Source of the DNA: Macrostomum lignano
Taxonomy: Eukaryota
Assembly (NCBI GenBank): GCA_002269645.1
Contig: NIVC01002468.1
Span: forward strand, 107,450-171,449
Length of the DNA stretch: 64,000 nt
Direction of reading: 5' to 3'
The position numbers and the translations under genes are program-made. Positions 24,998-44,427 of this stretch are shown in pieces. Below the pieces are notes generated by a model. That model saw only the letters and a program-made list of their open reading frames with translations, did no database searches and was not told where the DNA came from. The number at the start of each line of letters is the position of its first letter. Position 1 is the first letter of the stretch.

Positions 24998-25829
24998 CTA
25001 AGAAGCAAACAGAAGCCTTGATGTCCTGTCCCAATTTTTATGCCAGTCCAGAGCACAGATGCCATGCCGGATGAGTTTCTGTCCAATCAGACAGGGCTTC
25101 ATGATAGGGCGGGAAATAATTTCGAAATTCTGTTGCTCCAACGAAATAGATACTTTATGATATCTTGATCTCGTGTTCGCTGTTTATCTGGGACAGTTGG
25201 ATGGATAATAAGAATGTTTAAAAGTGTGTACATGTACAACCATTTAACAATAGCAACCCGTCAGCATCTCACATCCGACATCTCAGCGAAAATGACTGAC
25301 GCTTGTGAACATTTCATCCGTTTCTGACTAGAGATTTCTGTGTTTTTCAACAATGCAAAAAATTATTCAGATTACGACGGATTCCAATTACTTCTATGCA
25401 CTTTTATAGATATCAAAATGCTAAAAGATTATCACATACCAAATTTTTTATTCCAAAACGGCGATACCGGGCAGACAGGATTCATAAATGGAGTTCATAA
25501 TCGAAATTGAAGAAAACATTCCGATCCAGTACTACAGAGAAAATGCGTTTTCCACTTGCTCCGGTGCCCCGCTCAGCCCGACGAGCGCTAAATGCATAAA
25601 TCGAGTATTTAACTGCTGAATAAGTCAGTTGACAAGGCCCGGGTAATTGACACAAGGCCCCACCAGGGCATTCTAATGAGAGCTCAAATATTAAAATTAT
25701 TTCAAATCCTTGTAATCGATATTGTGCTTAAGAATTGTGCTCAACTGCAGACTACTCTCAGTAGCATGCTATTAAAATTAGTTCAGAGGTTCTAGGCTTT
25801 AGTTTTACTCTTTTAGTCTGCCTCTCCAC

Positions 25830-28330
25830 TCTCACAATCAGTCTTTAAATCTGCCGGTCGCATCAACTGGACTGCTGTTCCGCGGCCGTTTGAACTGCGG
25901 CACACACCTCCGCGTACTCGGCACCTCCCCGCTTGCCGCCGAGCGCCCCTGTCCTTGAGCCAGTATGGCAAGACGACCCCGCGATTCGGCAAGCAAGAGC
26001 TGGAGAGACTCCGTTTGAGCAGGCGATTAACCCGCGAGGCAGAGGTGGCTAATTTGGCGGCTGTCTATCTGCAGCTCCAGCAGGGTGCTGTTGATGACGC
26101 CATTCGGGCCGTCTCTGCCGCTGGGCCCGATGCCGGAGGCCGTGTGGCCCGGTCGGCTATCAATGCTCTGACGGGGCGAAAGCGGCGCATTCCGCTCAAC
26201 CTGGCAGGCGACTCTGCAGACGAGCGCAGGAACGAGCTGCGTGAGTTCTTCGCCGCCATCGTCAATGCGCCGCCACCGCCGCTGCCAGACAGTCTGACGC
26301 TGCCGCCGGAGATGCCGCTGCCGGCTGAGGAGAGCTTCAGCCTAGCACCAGTCAGCACAGCCGACGTTGTGAGGCTCACCCAACAGTCACCAGGCGGGAA
26401 AGCGCTGGGTCCGGACGAGGTGCCCATCGAGGCGCTGCGCATCCATTGTGTGGTCAGTAAGGTCGCCAGAGTGATGAATCGCGTGCTCTTCGGTGAGGCG
26501 GCACCCAACGAATGGACCACGTAGCACATCGTCGCAGTTCCTAAGAAGCCAGGCACCACGAGGCTTGAGGAGCATCGAGGTATCTGCCTTCAGTCGTGCG
26601 CTGCGAATTCGCCTCGGTCGTCAGGTCTGTGCTCCCAAAGGTGCTCCGTGCGTAAAACGTCCCAGAGCAGCGGATTTCCGCCATCATGGCGATGTACCGT
26701 GATACGAAAGCTGCTGTTTCAACACCGGACGGCCTATCGGACTTCTTTGAGACATCCTCCGGGGTGCTTCAGGGAGATACGCCTGCGCCGTTCCTGTTCG
26801 TTCTGGTGCTTGACTGGGTGCTGTGGACCGCTCTTCCTACCAACGAAGACGGCTTTCTGTTGCGGCGACGCGTGGGTCGACGTCAACCGGAGAGACGGCT
26901 CAGCGAGATTGGCTACGCCGACGATCTCGCCCTGCTGTCCTCAACTGTCGAGGGCGCCCAGCGACAACTGGACAAGCTAGTTGTTGTTGCGGCGAGTGTC
27001 GGCCTGGTGGTCAACACGTAGAAGACTGTCGTGCTCTGCATGCCGGACGACATCGAGGCTGCGATTTTGTGCCGAGGCGCTGATAGACAAGCGACGGAGC
27101 TCCCGTGTTTGTAGAGATCTCCAAATACGATAAAAAGTAAACTACTGTAAGTAGTAACATAAAAATGCGAAAAACTTGAACGCTATAAAATTTGCAAATT
27201 GTTATACTCTATTTTAAGACCATGAATACAACGTATGATGAAGCATGAGACAAGTTGCAACTATGGTGAAATATGATTAAATCTGATGAAATATGAGTCG
27301 CGCTACTAAGTATATACCAAAAATTCGATTATAAATATAAGCGTAAAATCCGAGCTGAAACCTCAGACTCGGAGCAGCCTCAAGACATCTTGAGCTTACT
27401 GCAGAAGAAACTCGAGGCTACATCTCTGAGGGAGAAGTAAACCAATTGGTGAGCCTTTGTTCGAGCCTTTGTTATTTGGATTACTGAGAGCGATTTTATT
27501 GCCGGCCGTTATTGTTGATCAGTTGATTATTCTGAGACTATTGAATTTGAGGCCTCCCCTTTTCCTAAGGGATTGGATAGGATCTGCGGACCGATTCCGA
27601 TACCCTTAGAGGATTATCGAGTTGATTGATTTTGGTTATCCTAGATTAACCGATAGGAGCACATCACTCCGATTCCGTTATTTCTAGAAGAAGACGCCCT
27701 TCCTGGAGGACCTCGTTAACATTACAGAAAGTTGATCTTGATATAAAGGGCGCATTGTTGATATTGATTACTGAACTTAAGGCCTATATTGATTTTGAAT
27801 TCGAGAAATCCTGCGAAGTCGCCAGATTTGATTGTTACGCTCTCACTTTCGGCCGATTCTAGACTTCAAGAAGATTCCTCTGGAGAAGAAGAAGATTGAA
27901 GAAGCGAGCTCTACAAACGCGCGCAACAAAGAAGAGGAAACAAGAAACGAGCTCGGAGAACCTGCCCGACAAAGAAGAGGAGCCCACCACAGTAAGTGAT
28001 CACTTTATTTTGTTCCCAGGCTTAGGGTCTGGAAGTGGGAGTTTTCGGGTGACTGATCACCTCCCGAACCAACTCTTCATGTTTTCAGAAGTTCGTCTAC
28101 CTCGGCGGTCTGGTTCCCGGCGTCCGCAAAGATTTGCGGCGTCGCCGCGGGCTTGCCTGGGCTGCCTTTCGTTCTGTGAGGGCAGTTCTGCAGTCCGAGG
28201 CACTACCTGACCGCCAGAGTGCGGCGTTGTTCCAGGCGGTGATCGAGACCGTCCTGCTGTACAACGCCGAGACCTGGACGCTGATTGTTGAACAAGTTGA
28301 CGCAGTGCACGCTGGCCTGCTGCGTGCCGC
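25830..28330 (+). mobile_element. RTE-type non-LTR retrotransposon, decayed and split by an insertion at 27110-28079
   Basis: GKALGPDEVP, then GVLQGDTPAPFLFVLVLDW and GYADDLALL. It resumes after the insertion as CFQKFVYLGGLV...VIETVLLYNAETWTL. In-frame TAG stops occur at about 26522 and 27019. Same family as the 19120-20045 copy. Confidence 0.9.
27110..28079. mobile_element. Probable solo LTR (970 bp) inserted in the RTE element
   Basis: It begins TGTA, ends TTCA and is flanked by TGTT at 27106-27109 and 28080-28083. Removing it and one TGTT restores the frame ELPCFQKFVYLGG. A TATA-like TATAAATATAA lies near 27330. Confidence 0.7.
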
Positions 28331-28854
28331 CTTCAAGTTTTGTATCACTGCGCCGGCCTGGTCTTGGCCGGATTTGGCCGGCGGCGTGGCGTTCACTCGC
28401 GACCTGGCCCTGAGGCGCGCCCTGCGACACCCTGTGACATTGAACGCGTATTTTAATATTGTTGAACCCGCCTCTCCGCTCTCCTCCCTAACTCCTGGAA
28501 TCTGTCTTTTCGTTCCCTATTTTGTTTTCTTTTAAAGCCGCAAGCAAAAATCTTTTTAAACCATTAAAATCGTGGATGCAAATTGCGCAGAAAATCACCT
28601 GCCTAAATGTTGGATTGCTATATTACAAAACAGAAAACAGCTGCCAAATTGGCTGGACAGTTTGGGCTACTCTCACATAGAAAATTTCTAGAACATCTCC
28701 GGTTCGGTTCTTGCGTCACTTATATAAAAATGTTTTTTTGTCGGAACACCTGCGTACAATTACTTGTGTATAATTGATCCAAAATGCTCGAGGCTATAAA
28801 TCCCCCTGGTTTTAAGATAGAAATGAAAATTTTCTAACACAAAGCTTAATTGAC

Positions 28855-30456
28855 ATGGACGCAAAAACGGAAATTGGGAAGGCAGCGACGATCATTGTAT
28901 CCGCTGTGTTGGAGTTTGCGGATCGAGAGGAGTTTCAACTTGTTGCCGACACCTAGTTGCCAAGCTGGTGAGAAGGCTGCTGCCGCTTGTTGGCAGGGAC
29001 AAACTACTGGCACGTGTGATGCATCAACAGGAGACAGTCTTGCTAGTGAGAGTTTCCTTTTGTTCTCGGGGGCGCAGTAGAGATGAAGAGAGAGGAACGG
29101 AGAGGCTGAGGAGAAAAGAAGGAAGAGAGGGAGGCAGAGTTGGAAAGAGGAAGGGAGATAGGAAGGGAGAGAGGAAGGGAGAGAGGAAGGGAGAGAGGAA
29201 GGGAGAGAGGAAGGGAGAGAGGAAGGAAGGGAAGGGAGAGAGGAAGGGAGATAGGGAGAGAGAAAGGGATAGAAGGAAGGTAAGGGAGAGAGGAAGGGAG
29301 AGAGGAAGGTAGAGAGGAAGGGAGAGAGGAAGGGAGAGAGGAAGGAAGAGAGGAAGGGAGAGACGAAGGGAGAGAGGAAGGTAGAGAGGAAGGAAGGGAA
29401 GGGAGAGAGAAAGGGAGATAGGGAGAGAGAAAGGGATGGAAGGAAGGTAAGGGAGAGAGGAAGGTAGAGAGGAAGGGAGATCAGGAGGGTGAGATCCAAA
29501 TTAGCCTGGTTCGCTAGATATGTTAGACAGGTTCGCTAGTTCGATATGTTAGATAGGTTCGCTAGTACATGTATGTTAGATAGAACCGAATAAAAACCAC
29601 AAATTGCAGCCATTCTACGGCAAGCCGCTGTCAGTCCGACAGGGCCTGCTGCAGACTCTGAGACGCATTCCGGATTTTAACGCTCTCGAGGAGACCGACC
29701 TTGGCGGCATCGCCGATGCGATGCGACAGTTAACTGTGCTGCAAAGTGAGTGCAAATAGTTCAGTTCATGTTGCATTTGTCTTAATTGGTTGCTTTTTTG
29801 GCAGCGGTACATGTACATGTAAATTGGAGAGCTGGGAAAGTTGCATGGAGGATCTTAATGAGACCCTAGCACACCCACTTCACTCCGGTGTGTCTGATTG
29901 GTCAGTAGGCTTTACCCCAGCACACCCACCTCACTCCGGCGTGTCTGATTGGTCAGTGGGCTTTACCCCAGCACACCCACCTCACTCCGGCGTGTCTGAT
30001 TGGTCAGGTTTTACTCAGCACTATCTGGGAGAGTCAGTGTAGCTCACTGTATAAAGCAACCCCATCCCCACAGACGAAACGCTGACAGGCAGCCCCAGCT
30101 CCGCCAAGCGGCTGGTAATTGAAAGCGGCAGCTACCGCCTCGAGACGAGGCAGCGACAGCCAGACGGCTCCGAGTTGGTGTCCCACGAATACTTCAGCAG
30201 CGGCAACTTCGATTTGGCTGGTAACTCCGCCATTTCAGTAACGTCAATAACGGCTGGTTCTCTGTGGACGCTGGAGCTCCGATTGATCATGCCGACAGTT
30301 CGTCGTCGGCGACGCCAGCTCAGTCTGGCCAGATCGCCAGCTCTAGCCGGTCTTTCAACCGAGCGTCTGGCGGCCTTGACCAGCGGCTTCCAGATTCTGC
30401 AGCCTGGCATGCAGTCGGTTCGGTTAAAGTCAAAACTGGGGAGTCAGAAAATGTAG
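28855..30456 (+). CDS. Diverged CNB-domain protein (paralog B); exons 29610-29745 and 30074 to about 30456, with a tentative first exon 28855-29045 carrying a 1-nt frameshift
   Basis: PFYGKPLSVRQGLLQTLRRIPDFNALEETDLGGIADAMRQLTVLQ-N|ETL...ITAGSLWTLELRLIMPTVRRRRRQLSLARSPALAGLSTERLAALT aligns by eye with paralog A (ITPGSLWTLDRR...STSPALAGLQSEQLGELA) and has the same phase-1 A|AC intron. The 5' and 3' ends are uncertain. Confidence 0.6.
29085..29485 (+). repeat. Purine-only (GAGAGGAAGG)n low-complexity tract
   Basis: Direct reading. Confidence 0.95.
29865..30010 (+). repeat. 51-bp tandem repeat, about 3 copies, in an intron of CNB paralog B
   Basis: CACTCCGG(T/C)GTGTCTGATTGGTCAG units start at 29881 and 29932. 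Confidence 0.9.
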
Positions 30457-33400
30457 AAAAAAATTTGTTGTTTCAATAAATAATTTTTTATACAATTTTT
30501 TATATTTCCGTTAAGTGGTCTCAAAAAAACATTTTTAAAGCACAAAATACACCTCTTAATAAATTTCCTACCCATTTGTTAATCTTTACTTTTACGGAAC
30601 TGTACGGACGCAGAATCAGAAACTAAATAAAGTAGTCTAAAAATAAATGTTTTATACAAATCCGTAAAAGTAGTTTTTATCTGAAAAATTTAGGTAAATA
30701 TTGCAATAGATATTTTTTAAATAAATATTAGGCTGGATTTTGTTAAACTGCTTACTTTGTTTACGTCGCGCCTGTTTGTGTTCTGAAATACTCTCGTTAA
30801 TTTAGTTATCAGTTTCATGTTAATAAGTACTTTATTATTGATGTTTTGCCTGGTTCTTCTTACGGATGTGAAATATCAGCAAACTTTTTTGGATTGAATT
30901 AAATATGAGATTTAGATATTGATTACTGACTTCTGTATTTCAAGCATTACAAACGTCTAGCATCAATTTTCTGCTTATCTAATTTATGAACAATAATCGA
31001 TCGAGGATTCTAGATATATGCTTTATTTTATAAGCCACGGCTTATGAATAGGCAAATGACTCATGAGACTGAGGTTTAAATAATTTTACTGAATAGAATG
31101 ACAAATAAATGTGTCTGTCAAGTTTTTTTATAAAATAGCTTTATCCACCCACGCTCTTGTTTAACTATATTTTTGTTCTGAGGCATAATTTGTAGTCTAG
31201 TTCAGATTGCTATTTATATTTAACTGTCCGTGTCTTAGGCCTATTTGATTTTTTGCTAATGACGTAGTAATAAAAAATATAATGTAAATATAAAATTTTG
31301 TACAGAATTACTTCGAAACTGATATATGCTTTTTTACAAAAGCCATTGGGCCTTAGCTAAGTGATAATCTACCTTATGATTACTGATAATGATACTGTTT
31401 ATTATAGCCATCACTATGCATTTTTAAGTATATATATATTTTAAATTGCTAAATAATTAACAAGTAGCAAGTAAAACAGGTAATAACTTTTTTTAAACTT
31501 TAACTTTCTAGTTTCATATAATTTGCAATATAAAAAGCTATATAAAATGTGACTTGCACTATTCTTTAAAATGTATAATTGCAATATGTTTTTTTTGCAT
31601 TATTTGTTACATTTATTTCATTTAAAACTCACATTATGAGCTTTAAGAACTTAGAACATGTTAAAAATTAAAAATGCAAAACCTGATATATTTGCTTTTT
31701 AAAAAATTAGAATATAGCATTATTTTATTATATATTTTATTGTTTACAAACTGGCTTTAAATGCCTAGCAGGAGTGTTTCCTTTTATACTATTGTATATT
31801 TAATATACCAATAAATTCTTAACTTGCTTTAGGCCTAGTAGAAGTTTTTTTGACTTAAATGTAAGTAAAATATGTTAAATGTTTTTCACTTTAATGCATG
31901 CCATGCCAGGACTTCTTTGGGAGATCTTCTCAGCTGCATTTTATGATATGCCTTTCATTCTGAGCTCTAAACCTGAGGCCTTACTTAAACAATGAAACTG
32001 GTGGACTTGCTGTATGTTACCTTTACATTTGGTTGAGTGAGTCTAGTGCTTTCTCCATGAACCAACCTGATCTGTCTGAGCAACCTGTTGCAATGTTGGC
32101 GACTCCTGCACCTAGCAGGCCACTTCTGCCCACAACTGGTTCAGGTGCTGCGCTGCTACTTTTGGATTCTGGCACCCAAGATTCTGGTGGCTATGTGGCC
32201 TACATTTTCTCTCAGACCACAAGACACACCTTTTTAGAACCTTATGTTTTATAGTGTGTTTTATTGTATGGGCCTAGTGGCTATACCAAAAATCTTGTTT
32301 TGCATTTAAGTTAATAAAACTTCTGCTTCAGGAATTTATTACTTGTGCCTAAAAATTCTAAAACCTATTTCTGTTGCCTATTCATCTTTTTCACTAAATC
32401 AAGAGGCATTAAGAGCTTCATTTAGAGCTCTGTGAGATTCACATTTGTATTGAAACTGTTTGGATAGGAGCATAACCATGCCCCCACCCAGATATCTTTT
32501 TTACCCTTCTTGAGGTAGCCATATTGATTTTCTGTTCTGGTCTGTGCAGACTGCTCTATACGTCCATGGCCATAGATTAAAATATTTGAGCTGATGCTGC
32601 TTTATTAATAAAACTTTTTATTATCAGATCAATGTGTTTGGGAAGTCGTGTTTTAAATCGTATGCTCGTTTACTCGTATATTTGTTGAAATTAAGCAAGA
32701 GCTCGTCAATCGTTTCGCGCTTGTTCCTGCAGTCTATCAATTGTGGGTCTGTAAGCCAAGCATATACCCATAAACTAATACGTGGCTGCTGGCAGCCACA
32801 CATCACAGGTACATAGCTGGTTGAGCTTAAAAAGCACTTATTAATTGTATAAGGAGTATGCTATAGTTAAAATAAAAGCATCCTAGCTTTCAAAGCTAGA
32901 ACGTTACAACGCTACCACGCTGAAGAGGGCTCGTACTCTCATGCCAGAGCGAATGCAGAAAAGTCAATACAAAAGAGGCCAAATTGCAACGTAAAAGTGA
33001 AAATAAGGCAGCACATACTCCCAGTGTTCTCAAACTCTGCTCGAGCAGCTCAGATTGGCCCTGCTGAAACTGAAGTGCAGCATACTGCCAGACTGTGCTC
33101 AAAATCTGCTTGTGTCGAACAAAGCTGAGTGACAGAGTCCAACTTGCAGCGATGCGCCAGACTGGATTCTGATCGACTACCCGCCGAACATAAGAGGTGG
33201 GGTTCTCTACAATGGTTGTCAATTATGTCGACACAAGTTGTTGCTGTGTGTAGCGATTTGTAGCGATTTTTATTTTCATTCCGTTTCCGAACAGCTGAAA
33301 GGTACATCTGTGGAGATGAACATTTTATTATTAGAGAGATAATGAGTGAACGCTTTGTCTGTATTTTTTGCTGTCTTCTTTCTATTCCAATAGGATTCTA

Positions 33401-35039
33401 GCACCATGCAGATTTCAAGATATTAAATTATGAGTTCCAAGTTATTTAAGCATGATTACATAGTCTGTTACAATGCTATAACCTTCATGATGCCCCAAAA
33501 TTATTGATCCTAGGTAAATCTGATGTCAGTTAAGCAGACCAATGAATTTAAAGTAAATTTAAAGTCAATCAGACCTGATTATTTGGTGTTAGTAAGTGAA
33601 ATCTGATTAATCTCGTGATCTTAGACTAGAATTGCTAGTCATAAAAAATTTTAAGTGATGGTCAATAAAAAGATGTTTAAAGTAATTTTTACAAAATTTA
33701 CCTCAACTTATTCAGTATGAAATAAGCATAATAACTATCATTAAAAATAACTAAAGCCTAATTCATTACAAATTATACATTAAATGGCAATAAAATTATA
33801 TTAGGTTGTCCCTGCTGCAAAGCCAAAAAAATGCTTCTTTATAGGGTTCTTTGCAGTGCCTTGATGAAATATCTAAGCTTTTCATTGTACATGCTCCACA
33901 CAGTGGGCTTCCGGAGAAAAAAAATCATGACAAAAACTAACATTTATGGCATTTAAGAGCCAACAAAGAGTACCATTTAGTAAAGAAAAAAAATGCTTCA
34001 AGCTTAATAGGGGTGTAATAACATATTTCAATTCTAAAAGCTGGCAATTATTCATTTTGATGTAACAGACTACTGGAGAAAATCACTTTGTGCTCTCTAA
34101 CTATTAAAAAGTATTTTTATATTGTTATAGAATGTTATACAATAAGCAATATATTAGGCTTTTTCAATAAAAAGCATCGATTTTATGCTAAATTATTTTC
34201 TAAAATGTAAAAGTGAATAATCCAATTGGATACATCAATTTAGATTAGTTTTTAACATATTCTCATATGAGCATATAGGTGGGATGTCATAATCAATGTT
34301 TACTACCAAAACGAAGAATATTCGAACTACAGTAAGGTTTATACAAATAAAGCATTACTCATGCATGCATTTAATGCAAATTAACTCAAAACTTTCACCA
34401 TCTATATTAATTCCTACATTTTTAGCCCTTATTTGTAAATTATATAGAATTTTTTTCACACGTGTTCAACGTGGTTGAATTTCCGCCAAAAAAATTATCG
34501 CTGAAAAGGACATATTTTGTCTTTTAGAGGAGCGAAAAAGACTAATTTTACTTAGATTATAGTAAAATTATTTATAATTCACAGTTTAATGCAAGATTTA
34601 ACCGGCCATACTCATTAGAAAACAGATACAATTTGGTATTACAAAGTTTGAATGGTGTAAACTCGCGATGCCCTCGTTTTGACTTTGCCCCGGTTAGACG
34701 GCCTATTATTCGTTGTCGACGGTGGCTGCGTCGATGTACTCGGCGATGACGGCTGTCGGATTAGCCGAGTTGACATCGGCGGTCATTTGGCTGCCGGCGA
34801 CAAGGGGCCGACGATCGGCAAGCCGACGGCTCGACTAGCCGCGGTGGCAGCAGGTGGAGCTCTGGGCAGTGTGAGAGTGGCCAGGGTTAGCGGTACAGCG
34901 CTGCTGCGGCTGCTGCTGGAGTGTCCCGGACTGCTGCACTGCGGCACCGCGGCTTGCGGACCGCAGACCGCCTGTCGGGAGCACTGCGAGGGTTGCCGCT
35001 TCCAACTATAACCATATTATTGATGTTTAAATATTACTG

Positions 35040-35245
35040 GAATCCAGCCCATTAGTGTTTGGAGTCCAGCTTGCTAGTGTGTGGAATCCAGCTTATTAGT
35101 GTTTGGAATCCAGCTTATTAGTGTTTGGAATCCAGCTTATCAGAGTGTGGAGTCCAGCTTGTTATTGCGTGGAATCCAGCTTTTCAGTGTGTGGAGTCCA
35201 GCTTATTGGTGTTTGGAATCCAGCCTAACTGCGAGTGGAATCCTG
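35040..35245 (+). repeat. Degenerate tandem repeat of about 22 bp (GGAATCCAGCTTATTAGTGTTT)
   Basis: About 9 units read directly. Confidence 0.85.
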
Positions 35246-35856
35246 ACATTTTTTAACGCAGAGTTTTGAAATTTTAAAATTAACAGCTCTTGTACCTCGC
35301 TTATTCGCTACCATGAATATTTTTCAAATAATTACTGACTATCGGACACAAAAGAATTCGCCTACTAACCAGTAGAAAGTTACGTATTTTAAGCAAAAAA
35401 AATTTAGTCCAGAAAAAAAACAAGTTAGTAAATTTCATTTTTACTTCAAAAACACAAAAACCAACCAGAAAAACGCGGACACACGAATAGGATATCAATT
35501 CCATTTTGCGAGTATATTGATGATAAGTTGTTAATTTGAAAAATAAATGGTGAAATTCATAATTAAATGATCAGATATTCAAGCAGAGTTGGTATCCGCA
35601 GTAGCAGAAGTGAATTAATAACATTAAATAAAATTTGCTTTGATAAATAATAAAGGCTAACAAAAGTGCTTGGTTCCATAGATAAAAAAAGACCAAGAAA
35701 CGCAGGAATATAGTGAGGTGTTTATTAACGAGACAGATTCAAGCAGATGGCTGCATAAGCACAAAGATCTTATGGCGGAAAAAAATCAATGCAATTGTAA
35801 ATTTGTTTAACACAAAAACCGCTTACCGACGCAATAAATTATACACGGAACCGCGA

Positions 35857-36560
35857 CTCACTGAAGCATTTGGGGGCAGAGAGGGCGGCTCACTGAAGCA
35901 TTTGGGGGCAGAGACGGCGGCTCACTGAAGCATTTAGGGGCGGAAGGGGCGACTCACTGAAGCATTTGGGGGCAGAGAGGGCGGCTCACTGAAGCATTTG
36001 GGGGCAGAGAGGGCGGCTCACTGAAGCATTTAGGGGCGGAAGGGGCGACTCACTGAAGCATTTGGGGGCAGAGAGGGCGGCTCACTGAAGCATTTGGGGG
36101 CAGAGAGGGCGGCTCACTGAAGCATTTAGGGGCGGAAGGGGCGACTCACTGAAGCATTTGGGGGCAGAGAGGGCGGCTCACTGAAGTAACTTGAATGGGG
36201 GGCGGCTCACTGAAGTAACTTGAATGGGGGGCGGCTCACTGAAGTATCTAGGGCGGAGGGGGCGGAAAGGGCGGCTCACTGAAGTATCTAGGACGGAGGG
36301 GGCGGCTCACTGAAGTATCTAGGGCGGAGGGGGCGGCTCACTGAAGTATCTAGGGCGGAGGGGCGGCTCACTGAAGTGTCTAGGGCGGGGGCGGCTCACT
36401 GAAGTATCTAGGGCGGGGGGCGGCTTACTGAAGTATCTAGGGCGGGGGCGGCTCACTGAAGTGTCTAGAGTGGGGGGCGGTTCACTGAAGTGTCTAGGGC
36501 GGGGGCGGCTCACTGAAGTGTCTAGAGTGGGGGGCGGAAAGGGCGGCTCACAGAAGTATC
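35857..36560 (+). repeat. G-rich minisatellite of about 26-32 bp (CACTGAAGCATTTGGGGGCAGAGAGGGCGGCT, evolving to CACTGAAGTATCTAGGGCGGGGGCGGCT)
   Basis: A constant CTCACTGAAG core with variable G-rich halves. Confidence 0.92.
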
Positions 36561-36902
36561 TGCGGCACCAAAGCAAAGAAAGCAAAACATCAAGCTGGAA
36601 AATTGCAAGCCAGATTTGAACACGCAAATTTGTGCTGAATATGAGAATATACGGCACCAATTTTTATAACTCTTAGTTATGCAAACGAAATACATTTATT
36701 CTGAGCAAAGTCAGCTAAACTCACGACAGCAAAATAAGATTAAAACTTGAAACACAAGATGGAATTATGCTAGGAAAATTTCAATTCGCCAAGCCATTGA
36801 AGCCAGCGTGAAAGCCATTAAGTTAAGAAAACGATACATAAATTTCTTTGAAAAATTTTTTAGATTATATTATTATAAAGTAGCTTACTATTAGTCGCTT
36901 GA

Positions 36903-37450
36903 ACCGAAATATACGCATACAAAATAACTTTTACCAGTCATGCGCGCAATAAGCCTACTATCAGTAGCTTAAGCCGAAATATACGCATACAAAATAACTT
37001 TTACCAGTCATGCGCGCAATAAGCCTACTATCAGTAGCTTAAGCCGAAATATACGCATACAAAATAACTTTTACCAGTCATGCGCGCAATAAGCCTACTA
37101 TCAGTAGCTTAAGCCGAAATATACGCATACAAAATAACTTTTACCAGTCATGCGCGCAATAAGCCTACTATCAGTAGCTTAAGCCGAAATATACGCATAC
37201 AAAATAACTTTTACCAGTCATGCGCGCAATAAGCCTACTATCAGTAGCTCAAGCCGAAATATACGCATACAAAATAACTTTTACCAGTCATGCGCGCAAT
37301 AAGCCTACTATCAGTAGCTTAAGCCGAAATATACGCATACAAAATAACTTTTACCAGTCATGCGCGCAATAAGCCTACTATCAGTAGCCTAAATGCATAC
37401 GGACATAACAAATTCTACTAGCCATGCGCCCAATAAGCCTACTATCAGTA
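36903..37450 (+). repeat. 70-bp tandem repeat, 7 near-identical copies plus one degenerate copy
   Basis: Unit starts GCCGAAATATACGC at 36973, 37043, 37113 and so on; each unit contains the small hairpin CTACTATCAGTAG. Confidence 0.95.
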
Positions 37451-37641
37451 GTTTCAACGCGTTAGTGCATTTTTTAGAATATTAGACTCAGTCAATTATT
37501 TAGATACCAGTCCATATGGTTACTAACGAGGCAGATAGAAACTACCGCAGTGCAACGGAGGACACTTAGGCGCAGTATCGGTCGTAGTGTCCATGTCTTC
37601 GAAGTCCTCTTCAAGCACGAATTGATGCTCATCTGAAGCGG

Positions 37642-43782
<6,141 letters not shown>

Positions 43783-44427
43783 TTATAATATTTTTAAAAA
43801 AAACTTTAAATTTGAGGCTTTAATAACATTTTCTAAAAATTTGTTTGTTTTCTTTAAATAATAATACAAAATTATCTTAAGAAATAATGACTAAGGTGTT
43901 TAAATTAGAAATCAATGCTCATAGGGAGAGATTACTAATATGTTAAGACTATGAGGGGATTGTTGAAACTGTGGCTCATGTGGAGAGGAATTGTTAAGAT
44001 GACAAGTGTGTGTGGTTTTGGCATAGGAAATTTGCGCACCCACAAAGGGTCCATTGGCCTTAAATAAACTAATAGTAGTAAATACTACATAATAAAGCTG
44101 ATGCAAATTCTAAATTTAAATTAAAAAAACAAAATTACTTTTTTTCATAGGCCTAATCAAATATTAATAAGAAAAAATTAAAACTGATTTAAAATTAAGA
44201 ATCTAAAAAACTAAAATTCAAATTTCTTACTAAAATTAATAAGGCCAATTGGGTCATTCCACAATAGGGTCCCATCATGTTTTTGAACTTTAAGCACTTG
44301 TAACTTTTGAACCATAATAGATAGAACAAAGCTGCAAAAAGCAATCTGTATCAAATTTCTAGTTATATATTTTACACATAGCTGCTTATGAATTCTAAAA
44401 CAAGTGAACACATATCAGAGCATAAAC

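Noticed and set aside
32030-33310. Several GC-richer patches with short ORFs (32033-32254, 32624-32806, 32896-33307)
   Set aside because: They could be exons of an unrecognised gene, but I could not build a phase-consistent model or recognise a domain.
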